Part shown: in pieces, positions 35,516 to 42,896 of the stretch
How positions within the stretch are numbered: the first letter of the stretch is position 1
How the letters are laid out: the number at the start of each line of letters is the position of its first letter
Assembly: GCA_964522095.1 (NCBI GenBank)
Contig: CAZFSO010000004.1
Location: forward strand, 18,285-73,398
Length of the DNA: 55,114 nt
Reading direction: 5' to 3'
Source: an uncultured Phycisphaeraceae bacterium
Lineage (GTDB): Bacteria; Planctomycetota; Phycisphaerae; Phycisphaerales; UBA1924
The notes under the pieces: model-generated
Databases searched by the model: none
Seen by the model: the letters and a program-made list of their open reading frames with translations, nothing else
Told to the model about the DNA's origin: nothing
Position numbers and translations under genes: made by a program

Positions 35516-36706
35516 ATGCCCAACACAGAATCAGCACCGGCCCGCCTCGCGCTCGCAGACGGCACGATCTTCCATGGCACCGCCTTCGGAGCCACCGGCC
35601 AGGGCGTCCGCTCGGTCGGGGAGGTGGTGTTCAACACCGCGCTGACGGGGTATCAGGAGTCGGTCACCGACCCTTCGTACGTCGGCCAGATCCTCGTGCA
35701 GACCACGCCGATGATCGGCAACACCGGCGTCAACAGCGAGGACCTCGAGTCGGCGAGCGTGCAGGTGGCGGGGTTCGTGATCCACGAGCGCACGCGCACG
35801 CACTCGAACTACCGGGCCACCGGCGGGCTCGACGACTGGTTGCGGGAGGCCGGCGTGCTCGGGCTGGCCGACGTCGACACGCGCACGCTGACGCGCCATC
35901 TCCGCTCGGCGGGCGTGACCATGGGCGTGCTGACGGACGACCCAGCCGCGACCGATGCGGAACTGGTGGCCATCGCCCGCGACGCGGCGCCGATGGACGG
36001 CCAGAACCTCGCGGCCATGGTCGGCTGCGCCACGCCCTTCGCGTGGGACGAGACGCTCGGCGATTGGGCACCGGAGATCACCCCGTCGGACGACAGCCCG
36101 GTGGTGCTCGCGCTGGACTGCGGGGCCAAGCGGAACATCCTGCGCAACCTCGCGTCACGCCACTGCCGCGTGCGGGTCGTGCCCCACACGATCTCGGCGG
36201 CCGACCTCAAGGAGCAGTTCGAGGCGGGCAAGGCGCACGGCCTGTTCCTCTCCAACGGGCCGGGCGACCCGGACGCGGTGCAGGAGACGGTCGCCACGCT
36301 GCGCGAAGTTATCCACGATCCGGATTTATCGGACGTGCCGGTCTTTGGGATCTGCTTGGGACACCAGTTGCTCGCCCTGGCCATGGGCGCCAGCACCTAC
36401 AAACTCCCCTTCGGGCACCGCGGCGCCAACCAGCCCGTGCGCGACGAGCGGACGGGGCGCGTGGAGATCACCAGCCAGAACCACGGCTTCGCGGTCGAGA
36501 CCGAGTCGCTGCGCCGGGCCGGGGGGCGTCCGACGCACGTCCACCTGAACGACGGGACGCTGGCGGGGTTCGAGTTGCCGGGGCGTCCGGTGTTCTCCGT
36601 CCAGTTCCACCCCGAGGCGTCTCCCGGGCCGCACGACGCGGGCCATTTGTTCGATCGGTTCGCGGAAGCCGCCCGAGAACGCCTGCGCCAGCGGTCGGCG
36701 CGCTGA
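35516..36706 (+). CDS. carA: Carbamoyl-phosphate synthase small (glutamine amidotransferase) subunit
   Basis: 396-aa ORF with LALADGTIFHGTAFGA...GEVVFNTALTGYQESVTDPSY and the GATase triad context GICLGHQLL. Confidence 0.95.
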   Translation: MPNTESAPARLALADGTIFHGTAFGATGQGVRSVGEVVFNTALTGYQESVTDPSYVGQILVQTTPMIGNTGVNSEDLESASVQVAGFVIHERTRTHSNYRATGGLDDWLREAGVLGLADVDTRTLTRHLRSAGVTMGVLTDDPAATDAELVAIARDAAPMDGQNLAAMVGCATPFAWDETLGDWAPEITPSDDSPVVLALDCGAKRNILRNLASRHCRVRVVPHTISAADLKEQFEAGKAHGLFLSNGPGDPDAVQETVATLREVIHDPDLSDVPVFGICLGHQLLALAMGASTYKLPFGHRGANQPVRDERTGRVEITSQNHGFAVETESLRRAGGRPTHVHLNDGTLAGFELPGRPVFSVQFHPEASPGPHDAGHLFDRFAEAARERLRQRSAR

Positions 36707-36777
36707 CCGTTTCAGGGGGGGTCACCCCGGTCAGCGGGATGTTTGGTTGATTTCTCGCCAAATCGCCGGGTTGGGTC

Positions 36778-36805
36778 TTGCAGGAAAATCGCGCCGGGGT
36801 ATATT
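36778..36805 (+). promoter_or_regulatory. Sigma70-like promoter candidate (TTGCAG, 16 nt, TATATT), about 240 nt upstream of the dockerin-protein gene
   Basis: Hexamers at 36778-36783 and 36800-36805, within the least GC-rich intergenic stretch of the window. Confidence 0.4.
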
Positions 36806-37050
36806 GCATCAGTTGGGGTCTCCGACCGGATCGTCGTCTGGATGGCGGTCCGAGCGCGAGCGCCCATCTGCGTGTCGGCCGGCGTGGAGTGCCGGCGTTC
36901 TGAGCGAAGTGAGCGGAGAGAGCTTGCGACGCGATCCTGTTGAGTCGTCCACCCGGGCCGAGCGGTCCGGGGAGGGTGTTCGTGTGTTTCCGTTTCCGCC
37001 TTCCCTCGTTCGGGCAGGCTTGAAGTGGTTCTGTAAAGAGGAGCATGTTC

Positions 37051-38316
37051 ATGGGTATCACCAGCACTCTCACCATCGTCCTGGCCGCCGGGCTCGTCGG
37101 CTCGGCCGCCGCGAGCGACCGGCAGCAGAAGACTCCGTTCGAAGCCGAGCGGATGCTCTCGCTGACCCCGGTCGACGCCGGCCACTTCTACATCAACGCC
37201 GCCACCGGCGAGCGCATCCTCAGCGTGAAGGAGACCGCCAAGATCGGTCAGCGCGGCACCGGTGAGGTCGAACTGTGGGCGCAGGACAACCAGACGCCCT
37301 GCACCGACCTGGGCGCCCCGTACACCGAGGGCGGCGCCGGCCTGGTCGTCTTCGAGGACCCCTTCGCCGAGATCGCCACCGTCCCCGTGACCGACGAGAC
37401 CTGGATGGACTGGGGCGACGTGCCCGCCAACACCAAGGTCGACGGCTTCTCGTTCGTCTTCTCCAGCCTGATCGACACCGCCGAGGGCGAGTCGATCCCC
37501 GGCATGAACGCCGTCTACACCTTCTACGACCAGGAGAACGGCTTCAACTGGTGCGACCGCGTCACCCTGCTGTCGCTGACCGTCGAGGACATGGCCGGCA
37601 ACAACGCCGACCCGGGCTTCCTGAGCGTCTGGACCTACACCATCGACCTCAACGGCCTCGCGACCATGGAGTTCGGTGACGACGACGGCGACAGCCAGGG
37701 CGCCGACCTGTTCAACGAGTTCTCCTACTTCGACGCCGACTTCGACGGCCTGCACGACATCGGCTGGCTCGTCGAGCACCAGCAGCCCGAGGACCCGGCC
37801 TGGCAGGGCGTCACCGCCCAGTTCCCCATGGCCCCCCGCGGCACGGTTGACCCCGTCACCGGCGAACTCATCATCGACACCTCCTTCCCCGGCGGCACCC
37901 CCGGCGCTGAGGACGGCTGGGACGTCTTCTTCGGCCCCGGCATGTTTGACGAGGGCACCGGCGAGTACGACCCCGGTGAGTACGACGGCACCTACGGCTT
38001 CATCCACCCGGACGGACAGGGCGGCTTCATCACCTTCGGCTTCACCTGCGACGGCGACGGTGACGGCATCTTCGAAGGCGACGACGAGTTCACCCCCTGG
38101 GGCGGCTTCTACATGATCCTCCTCGCCATCGAGGGTGGCGAGCCCGTGTGCCCCGGTGACTTCGACGGCAGCGGCGCGGTCGACGTGTTCGACCTGCTCG
38201 GCTTCATCGACGCCTACACCTCCAGCGACCTCGCGGCCGACTTCGACAACAGCGGCGTGGTCGACGTGTTCGACCTGCTCGGCTTCATCGACGCCTACAG
38301 CGCCGGCTGCCCGTAA
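37051..38316 (+). CDS. Secreted acidic protein with two C-terminal dockerin-like (GC-type dockerin) repeats ending in GCP
   Basis: Signal peptide MGITSTLTIVLAAGLVGSAAA. Tandem DFDGSGAVDVFDLLGFIDAY / DFDNSGVVDVFDLLGFIDAY, then SAGCP. ATG at 37051 has AGAGGAG 7 nt upstream; the track start at 37045 is only 1 nt from that RBS. Confidence 0.75.
   Translation: MGITSTLTIVLAAGLVGSAAASDRQQKTPFEAERMLSLTPVDAGHFYINAATGERILSVKETAKIGQRGTGEVELWAQDNQTPCTDLGAPYTEGGAGLVVFEDPFAEIATVPVTDETWMDWGDVPANTKVDGFSFVFSSLIDTAEGESIPGMNAVYTFYDQENGFNWCDRVTLLSLTVEDMAGNNADPGFLSVWTYTIDLNGLATMEFGDDDGDSQGADLFNEFSYFDADFDGLHDIGWLVEHQQPEDPAWQGVTAQFPMAPRGTVDPVTGELIIDTSFPGGTPGAEDGWDVFFGPGMFDEGTGEYDPGEYDGTYGFIHPDGQGGFITFGFTCDGDGDGIFEGDDEFTPWGGFYMILLAIEGGEPVCPGDFDGSGAVDVFDLLGFIDAYTSSDLAADFDNSGVVDVFDLLGFIDAYSAGCP
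38158..38299 (+). repeat. Two 61-bp direct repeat copies (38158-38218 and 38239-38299; 81-bp period) encoding the dockerin-like modules
   Basis: 58 of 61 positions identical by direct comparison. Confidence 0.9.
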
Positions 38317-38345
38317 CACGGCCCCGACGCGTCACGCGTAATCTC

Positions 38346-38382
38346 AACGCCCGGGGCCGCAACGCCCCGGGCGTTCTTCGTT
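38346..38382 (+). terminator. Rho-independent terminator after the dockerin-protein gene
   Basis: AACGCCCGGGGC (38346-38357), 6-nt loop, GCCCCGGGCGUU (38364-38375): perfect 12-bp stem, then CUUCGUU. Confidence 0.7.
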
Positions 38383-38441
38383 GATCGACCGCCCGCCCGC
38401 TCGCGCCCGCTAACGCGCACCCAGCGTCACCACCCGTGCTT

Positions 38442-38816
38442 TCAATACCGCGGGACGGAAGGGTCGACGCGCAGCGACCACCACTCGATCCCCCCCGCCA
38501 CGGACCGCGCCTGCTCCACGCCCATGCGCTGCAGCGCCAGCGCGGCCGCCAGCGACCGCCGGCCCGTGTGACAGATCAGGGCGAGAGTCTGGTCCTCGTC
38601 GAAGTCGAGTTCGTTGATGCGGGCCGCCAGTTCGCCCATTGGGACGTGCAGAGCGCCCTCGACCGACGCGATGGCGAGTTCCTCGGGCTCGCGGATGTCA
38701 ACCAGCACGACGGAGCCGTCGGACATGCCCTCGCGGGTGCGGACGACCGAGACCTCCAGGTCCGGGTTGAACGGGTAGCGGGGCGGGTTGTCGGGCGCGG
38801 GGTGGTCAGCGGTCAT
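38442..38816 (-). CDS. Rhodanese-domain sulfurtransferase (single domain)
   Basis: Active-site loop CHTGRRS. ATG at 38816 has GGAGA 6 nt upstream; the track's TTG start at 38822 abuts that RBS. Confidence 0.85.
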   Translation of the reverse strand: MTADHPAPDNPPRYPFNPDLEVSVVRTREGMSDGSVVLVDIREPEELAIASVEGALHVPMGELAARINELDFDEDQTLALICHTGRRSLAAALALQRMGVEQARSVAGGIEWWSLRVDPSVPRY

Positions 38817-39303
38817 CGTCAATCTCCGTTGGTCGCCCGCCCACGGTGCCGGTGCGGCGTCGCTCGGCGCGCTCGCGTTTCCAGACCTCGCGCGGGCTCC
38901 AGGTCCACCAGCCGCTGCGTCCGGCCCGCCAGGCCCGACGCGGCGCGAGGAGCGGGTCGAAGGCCGACCGGCCGATGTCCTGAGCGGTCTCGAACCAGTC
39001 GTGGTCGCCGCGTCGGGGTCGGTCGGGCGTGGGGAACACGCCGGCCCGCTCGGGCCCGGACCGGCGGCTGATCGGGCGCGGCAGCCTGAACGGCTCGGCG
39101 TGCACGACGCCGTCGATCGGGGCGACCACGATCATCGTCCGCCAGCGCGCCCGGTCCGGCGTCCCCGGGCCGGCCATCGTCATGGCGGGGCCTTCCCGGA
39201 AACTGGTCGTCGCGCGCGTGCCGATGGCCAGGCGCTCGTTGTGATGGCACACGCACCCCGGCAGGAGCGCGGCGGCCGCCAGCATGGCGAGCGCCTCTTT
39301 CAT
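38806..39303 (-). CDS. Hypothetical lipoprotein
   Basis: MKEALAMLAAAALLPGC has a signal peptide and lipobox-like LPGC. GC-rich third positions. Its ATG overlaps the recX stop (ATGA). Confidence 0.5.
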   Translation of the reverse strand: MKEALAMLAAAALLPGCVCHHNERLAIGTRATTSFREGPAMTMAGPGTPDRARWRTMIVVAPIDGVVHAEPFRLPRPISRRSGPERAGVFPTPDRPRRGDHDWFETAQDIGRSAFDPLLAPRRAWRAGRSGWWTWSPREVWKRERAERRRTGTVGGRPTEIDDDR

Positions 39304-40013
39304 GCGTCACGCGCCTCCCGGAGGGCCTCGTCGACGGCCTGGCGGACCACCGGCCCGCTGAACCCCCGGCGCAGCAAGCGGCCCGTGAGCCGGCGCCGGG
39401 CGGCGTCCGCGTCCGCGTTGCGGCTCAATGAACGGGCCGCGGACCGCGCGACGCGCCGGGCGTCGTCGAGTTCGTCACGCCCGTCCATCGCCTGGTCCAG
39501 CGCCTGCGAGGCGGCTTCGCCGCGCACGCCGTGGGCGCGGAGTTTGGCCTCGAGCAGGCGGCGCCCCGCGGGCTTGCGGGCCAGTTCGTTGCGGACGAGC
39601 ACCTCGGCGTAGCGGGCGTCGTCCAGCGCGCCCAGGCCCGCGTAGCGGTCGGCGCAGGCCTCGGCGGTGGCGCGGGCGTGCCCGCGTTGGGTCAGGGCTC
39701 GGACGAGGCCCTCCCGCGACCGCATGCGCGCGGCGAGCAGCCGGAGCGCGGCCCGGTCGCAGAGGCGCTCGCGGACCTCGGCGTCGAGCCGGTCGGCGAG
39801 CGCCTCGGTCCACGCGATGGGCGCGGCGTTCAGCCCGGCCTCGACGGCCGTCTCGCGGTCGCACACGCCGGCGCGCACGCCGTCGAGCAGGATCCACACG
39901 CGCCCGGGGTCGTCGCGGACGGCCCGGACGGCGCTGAGCGTGGCGGTCCCGTCGCGCGGGGTGCGTTCCCACGCCTGGATCGGGGTGCGTGCTCGGCCGG
40001 CCGGGCGGGTCAT
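39300..40013 (-). CDS. recX: RecX-family regulatory protein (RecA inhibitor) with an N-terminal extension
   Basis: C-terminal 237 aa of track ORF 39300..41087. Repeated three-helix RecX pattern (LRLLAARMRSREGLVRAL..., DDARYAEVLVRNEL..., RRLTGRLLRRGF). Its ATG at 40013 overlaps the TPR gene stop (ATGA). Confidence 0.75.
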   Translation of the reverse strand: MTRPAGRARTPIQAWERTPRDGTATLSAVRAVRDDPGRVWILLDGVRAGVCDRETAVEAGLNAAPIAWTEALADRLDAEVRERLCDRAALRLLAARMRSREGLVRALTQRGHARATAEACADRYAGLGALDDARYAEVLVRNELARKPAGRRLLEAKLRAHGVRGEAASQALDQAMDGRDELDDARRVARSAARSLSRNADADAARRRLTGRLLRRGFSGPVVRQAVDEALREARDA

Positions 40014-40318
40014 CCCAGTTCGTCCAGGTAGCCGGCCAGTTCGGACCAGGCCTTCTGATCGCCCGCTGCACGGGCGACGCTGACGCCCTCGCGGAGCGTC
40101 GCGACGGCCTCGGCGGTCCGTTCCGCGGCTTCCAAGGCCCGGGCCTTGTGGAAGAAGGCGTAAGCATGGGCCGGGTCGGCGGCGATGGTGCGGTCGAACC
40201 ACGCGACGGCCTGGTCGAAATCGCCCAGGCGCATGTGCTCCTGGGCGATGCCGTAGAGCAGGAACGGGTCGTTCGGCTCGGCTTCGAGCAGGCGCGTGAG
40301 TTGTTCGATGCTCGGCAT
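40010..40318 (-). CDS. Small tetratricopeptide-repeat protein
   Basis: 102-aa ORF with TPR-like helices (PFLLYGIAQEHMRLGDFDQAVAWFDRTIAADPAHAYAFFHKARALE). Confidence 0.7.
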   Translation of the reverse strand: MPSIEQLTRLLEAEPNDPFLLYGIAQEHMRLGDFDQAVAWFDRTIAADPAHAYAFFHKARALEAAERTAEAVATLREGVSVARAAGDQKAWSELAGYLDELG

Positions 40319-40366
40319 GCGGTGAGCGTACCCGGCCCGGCGGGGTCCGTCCCGGCAGGGGCTTGG

Positions 40367-41527
40367 TCAGGCGTCGTCGAGGAGGGCGTCGAGCAGTTCG
40401 GGCACGCCCTGGCCGCGGGTGGCGACGGTCTCGAAGATCGGGCGTCGTCCGGCGACGTCCTTGAGGTCTCGGACGAGTTCGTTCTCGCCGGGGTGGTCGG
40501 CCTTGTTGCAGACGAACAGGTCGGCGATCTCGAGGATGCCCGCCTTGTCCATCTGAACCGCGTCGCCCATGCCGGGCGTGAGGACGACGGCGGTGCGGTC
40601 GACGTGCTCGCGCACGAGCGTCTCGTTCTGTCCGGCGCCGACGGTCTCCACGAAGACGGTCTCGAACGGCTGGTCTCCGGGGCACCCGCCGATGAGGCCC
40701 AGGATCGTGTCGAGGCCGCGGTAGTCCTCGCCGCGGATGGCCAGGGAGCGGTAGAAGACCTTCTCGCCGAGGTTGTTGAAGTCGACGCGGAGGCGGTCGC
40801 CGAGGAGGGCGCCCGAGGTGATCGGGCTCTTGGGGTCGAAGGCGACGACGGCGCAGCGTCCGAGGCTCGGGTCTTTCTCGGCGCGGCGCGTGTACTCGCC
40901 GGCGAGTTGGGCGACCAGGGTGCTCTTGCCCGCGCCGGGCGATCCGGTCAGGCCGATGACCCGGCGCGGGCGTCGGCTCGGGGCGCCGGGGCGGGCGGGC
41001 CTTGAGTCGTGTACGAGCGAGATGTCGCGGGCGAGCTGGGCCGCGGGGTGGTCGGTGGGCACGGCGGTCGCCATCGGCTCGACGCATGCCTTGACGGCCG
41101 CGACGACGTCGAGCAGGCCCGTGCCGGTCGGGAAGCAGGCGCGGATGCCCTGTGCCTTGAGGGTGGGCACGTCCTCGGCGGGCAGGATCCCGCCCATCAG
41201 GACCGGGATGTCCGGGCGGCCGACGCGGCGGAGTTCGTCGAGCAGTTTGGGGCCCAGGACGAGGTGCGAGTTGCTCATCATGGAGGCGGCGATGCAGTCC
41301 ACGTCCTCGTCGCGGGCGGAGACGGCGAGGCTGGCGGGGGTCTGCCAGAGGCCCGAGTAGATGACGTGGACGCCCGAGTCGCGCAGGGCGCGGGCGATGA
41401 CCTTGACGCCGCGGTCGTGCCCGTCCAGGCCCATTTTGCCCAGCAGGACGCGCGGGCGGTGGTCAAGGCCCTCGCACCGGTCGATCTTCTCGAACTCGCT
41501 GGTCGCCGTGCCGAGTTGCTGGGCCAT
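40367..41527 (-). CDS. Fusion of a cobalamin (B12)-binding domain (methylmalonyl-CoA mutase small-subunit type) to a MeaB/ArgK-like G3E GTPase
   Basis: N-terminal half: VLLGKMGLDGHDRGVKVIARAL (DxHxxG B12 motif). C-terminal half: P-loop GLTGSPGAGKSTL, LGDRLRV, ETVGAGQNE, NKAD. ATG at 41527 with AGGAG 7 nt upstream. Confidence 0.85.
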   Translation of the reverse strand: MAQQLGTATSEFEKIDRCEGLDHRPRVLLGKMGLDGHDRGVKVIARALRDSGVHVIYSGLWQTPASLAVSARDEDVDCIAASMMSNSHLVLGPKLLDELRRVGRPDIPVLMGGILPAEDVPTLKAQGIRACFPTGTGLLDVVAAVKACVEPMATAVPTDHPAAQLARDISLVHDSRPARPGAPSRRPRRVIGLTGSPGAGKSTLVAQLAGEYTRRAEKDPSLGRCAVVAFDPKSPITSGALLGDRLRVDFNNLGEKVFYRSLAIRGEDYRGLDTILGLIGGCPGDQPFETVFVETVGAGQNETLVREHVDRTAVVLTPGMGDAVQMDKAGILEIADLFVCNKADHPGENELVRDLKDVAGRRPIFETVATRGQGVPELLDALLDDA

Positions 41528-41634
41528 TCGCGGTCTCCTTCCGCCCCGCCGTGGGGGCACGATGATAGGGGCGGGCGCACGGGGACGGGCATTCGGCGGC
41601 TAGGGTTGGCGCCGGCGGGCGTGCGCCCGTCGGC

Positions 41635-42894
41635 GTGAGTGCGAGCGCCGTGGCCCGACAACGCCCCCGGATCATCCAGCGAGCCGAGCCGCGCCGGGAC
41701 GACCCGCGGGCGCGGTTCCTGATCGAGATGGGGCGCGCCCTGGGCACGTTCGGGGTCGCGGCGCACCGCCTGGAGGAGGCGGTGACGATGGCGGCCGAGG
41801 CGATGGGGCTGCGGGCCCAGACCTTCTCGACGCCCACCTCCGTGTTCATCTCGGTGCAGATCGGCGACAAGCGTGAGACGATGCTGGCGCGCGTCGACCC
41901 GCGGGGCACCGACCTTTCGAAGATCGTCGCGCTCGACGAGATCCTGATGCACGTGGTCACCCGCCGGGTCAACCCGGCGAAGGGGACGCGTCTGATCAAG
42001 CGGGTGGTGCTCCGGCCGCACATCTACCCCGCGTGGATGCACGTGGGCGGTTTCATGCTGACGGCGACGGCGGTGTCGCGCTTCTTCGGGGGCGGCTGGT
42101 CGGAACTGCTCGCGTCGTGCCTGACCGGGCTGTGCGTGGGCCTGCTGGCGCTGGCCGCGTCGCGGCGTCGCCACGCGGCGCGCCTGCTGGAGTTCTTCGC
42201 CGGGTTCACCGCGGCGACGATGGCGTCGATGCTCACGGCGGTGATCGGGCCGGCCTCGATCCCCCTTGTGACCGTCGCGGGCCTGATCACGATGATGCCG
42301 GGGATGACGATCACCACCGCGATGGCCGAACTGGCGACCCGGAACCTGGTGTCGGGCACGGCCCGGTTCGTCGGCGCGATCACGGTGCTGCTGTCCGTCG
42401 GCTTCGGCGTGGCGGTCGGCCAGCGCCTCGGTTCGCACCTGCCGGGCGGGCACGACGCGCCGCCCGGACCGGTCGGCGGGTGGGTTGATCTGCTCGCGAT
42501 GCTGGTGGCCCCCTTGGGCTTCGTGGTGCTGCTCAACGCCCGGGCGAAGGACGTGCTGGCGATCGTGCCGGCCGGGGTCTTCTCGTTCGTCCTCTCCCGG
42601 ACGCTGACGGCCGAGGTCGGGGGCGACCTGGGCGCCTGCGCGACCGCGGCGGCGGTGGGGGTTGCGGGCAACCTGTACCAGTGGTGGACCAACCGGCCGG
42701 CGTCCACGGTGGTGGTGCCGGGCCTGCTGATCCTGGTGCCGGGGGTGCTCGGCTACCGCAGTTTCGAGCTTTTCATGGTCGAGGACACGGTCTCGGGCGC
42801 CCAGACGGCGTTCCGCGTGCTGGTCACGGCGCTGGCGCTGTCGGCCGGGCTGCTGCTGGCCAACGTGGCCGCGCCGCCGCGGCGTTCGCTCTGA
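41635..42894 (+). CDS. thrE: Threonine/serine exporter family protein (ThrE-like, fused YjjP/YjjB-type domains)
   Basis: 419-aa ORF (GTG start). N-terminal FLIEMGRALGTFGVAAHRLEEAV...TPTSVFIS, followed by about 10 hydrophobic segments. Confidence 0.8.
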   Translation: MSASAVARQRPRIIQRAEPRRDDPRARFLIEMGRALGTFGVAAHRLEEAVTMAAEAMGLRAQTFSTPTSVFISVQIGDKRETMLARVDPRGTDLSKIVALDEILMHVVTRRVNPAKGTRLIKRVVLRPHIYPAWMHVGGFMLTATAVSRFFGGGWSELLASCLTGLCVGLLALAASRRRHAARLLEFFAGFTAATMASMLTAVIGPASIPLVTVAGLITMMPGMTITTAMAELATRNLVSGTARFVGAITVLLSVGFGVAVGQRLGSHLPGGHDAPPGPVGGWVDLLAMLVAPLGFVVLLNARAKDVLAIVPAGVFSFVLSRTLTAEVGGDLGACATAAAVGVAGNLYQWWTNRPASTVVVPGLLILVPGVLGYRSFELFMVEDTVSGAQTAFRVLVTALALSAGLLLANVAAPPRRSL

Positions 42895-42896
42895 GG

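Noticed and set aside
41528-41634. Possible cobalamin riboswitch upstream of the B12-domain/MeaB fusion gene.
   Set aside because: No B12-box-like consensus is seen on either strand. The 107-bp spacer is shared with the divergent thrE-like gene and is too short for a full cobalamin aptamer plus expression platform.
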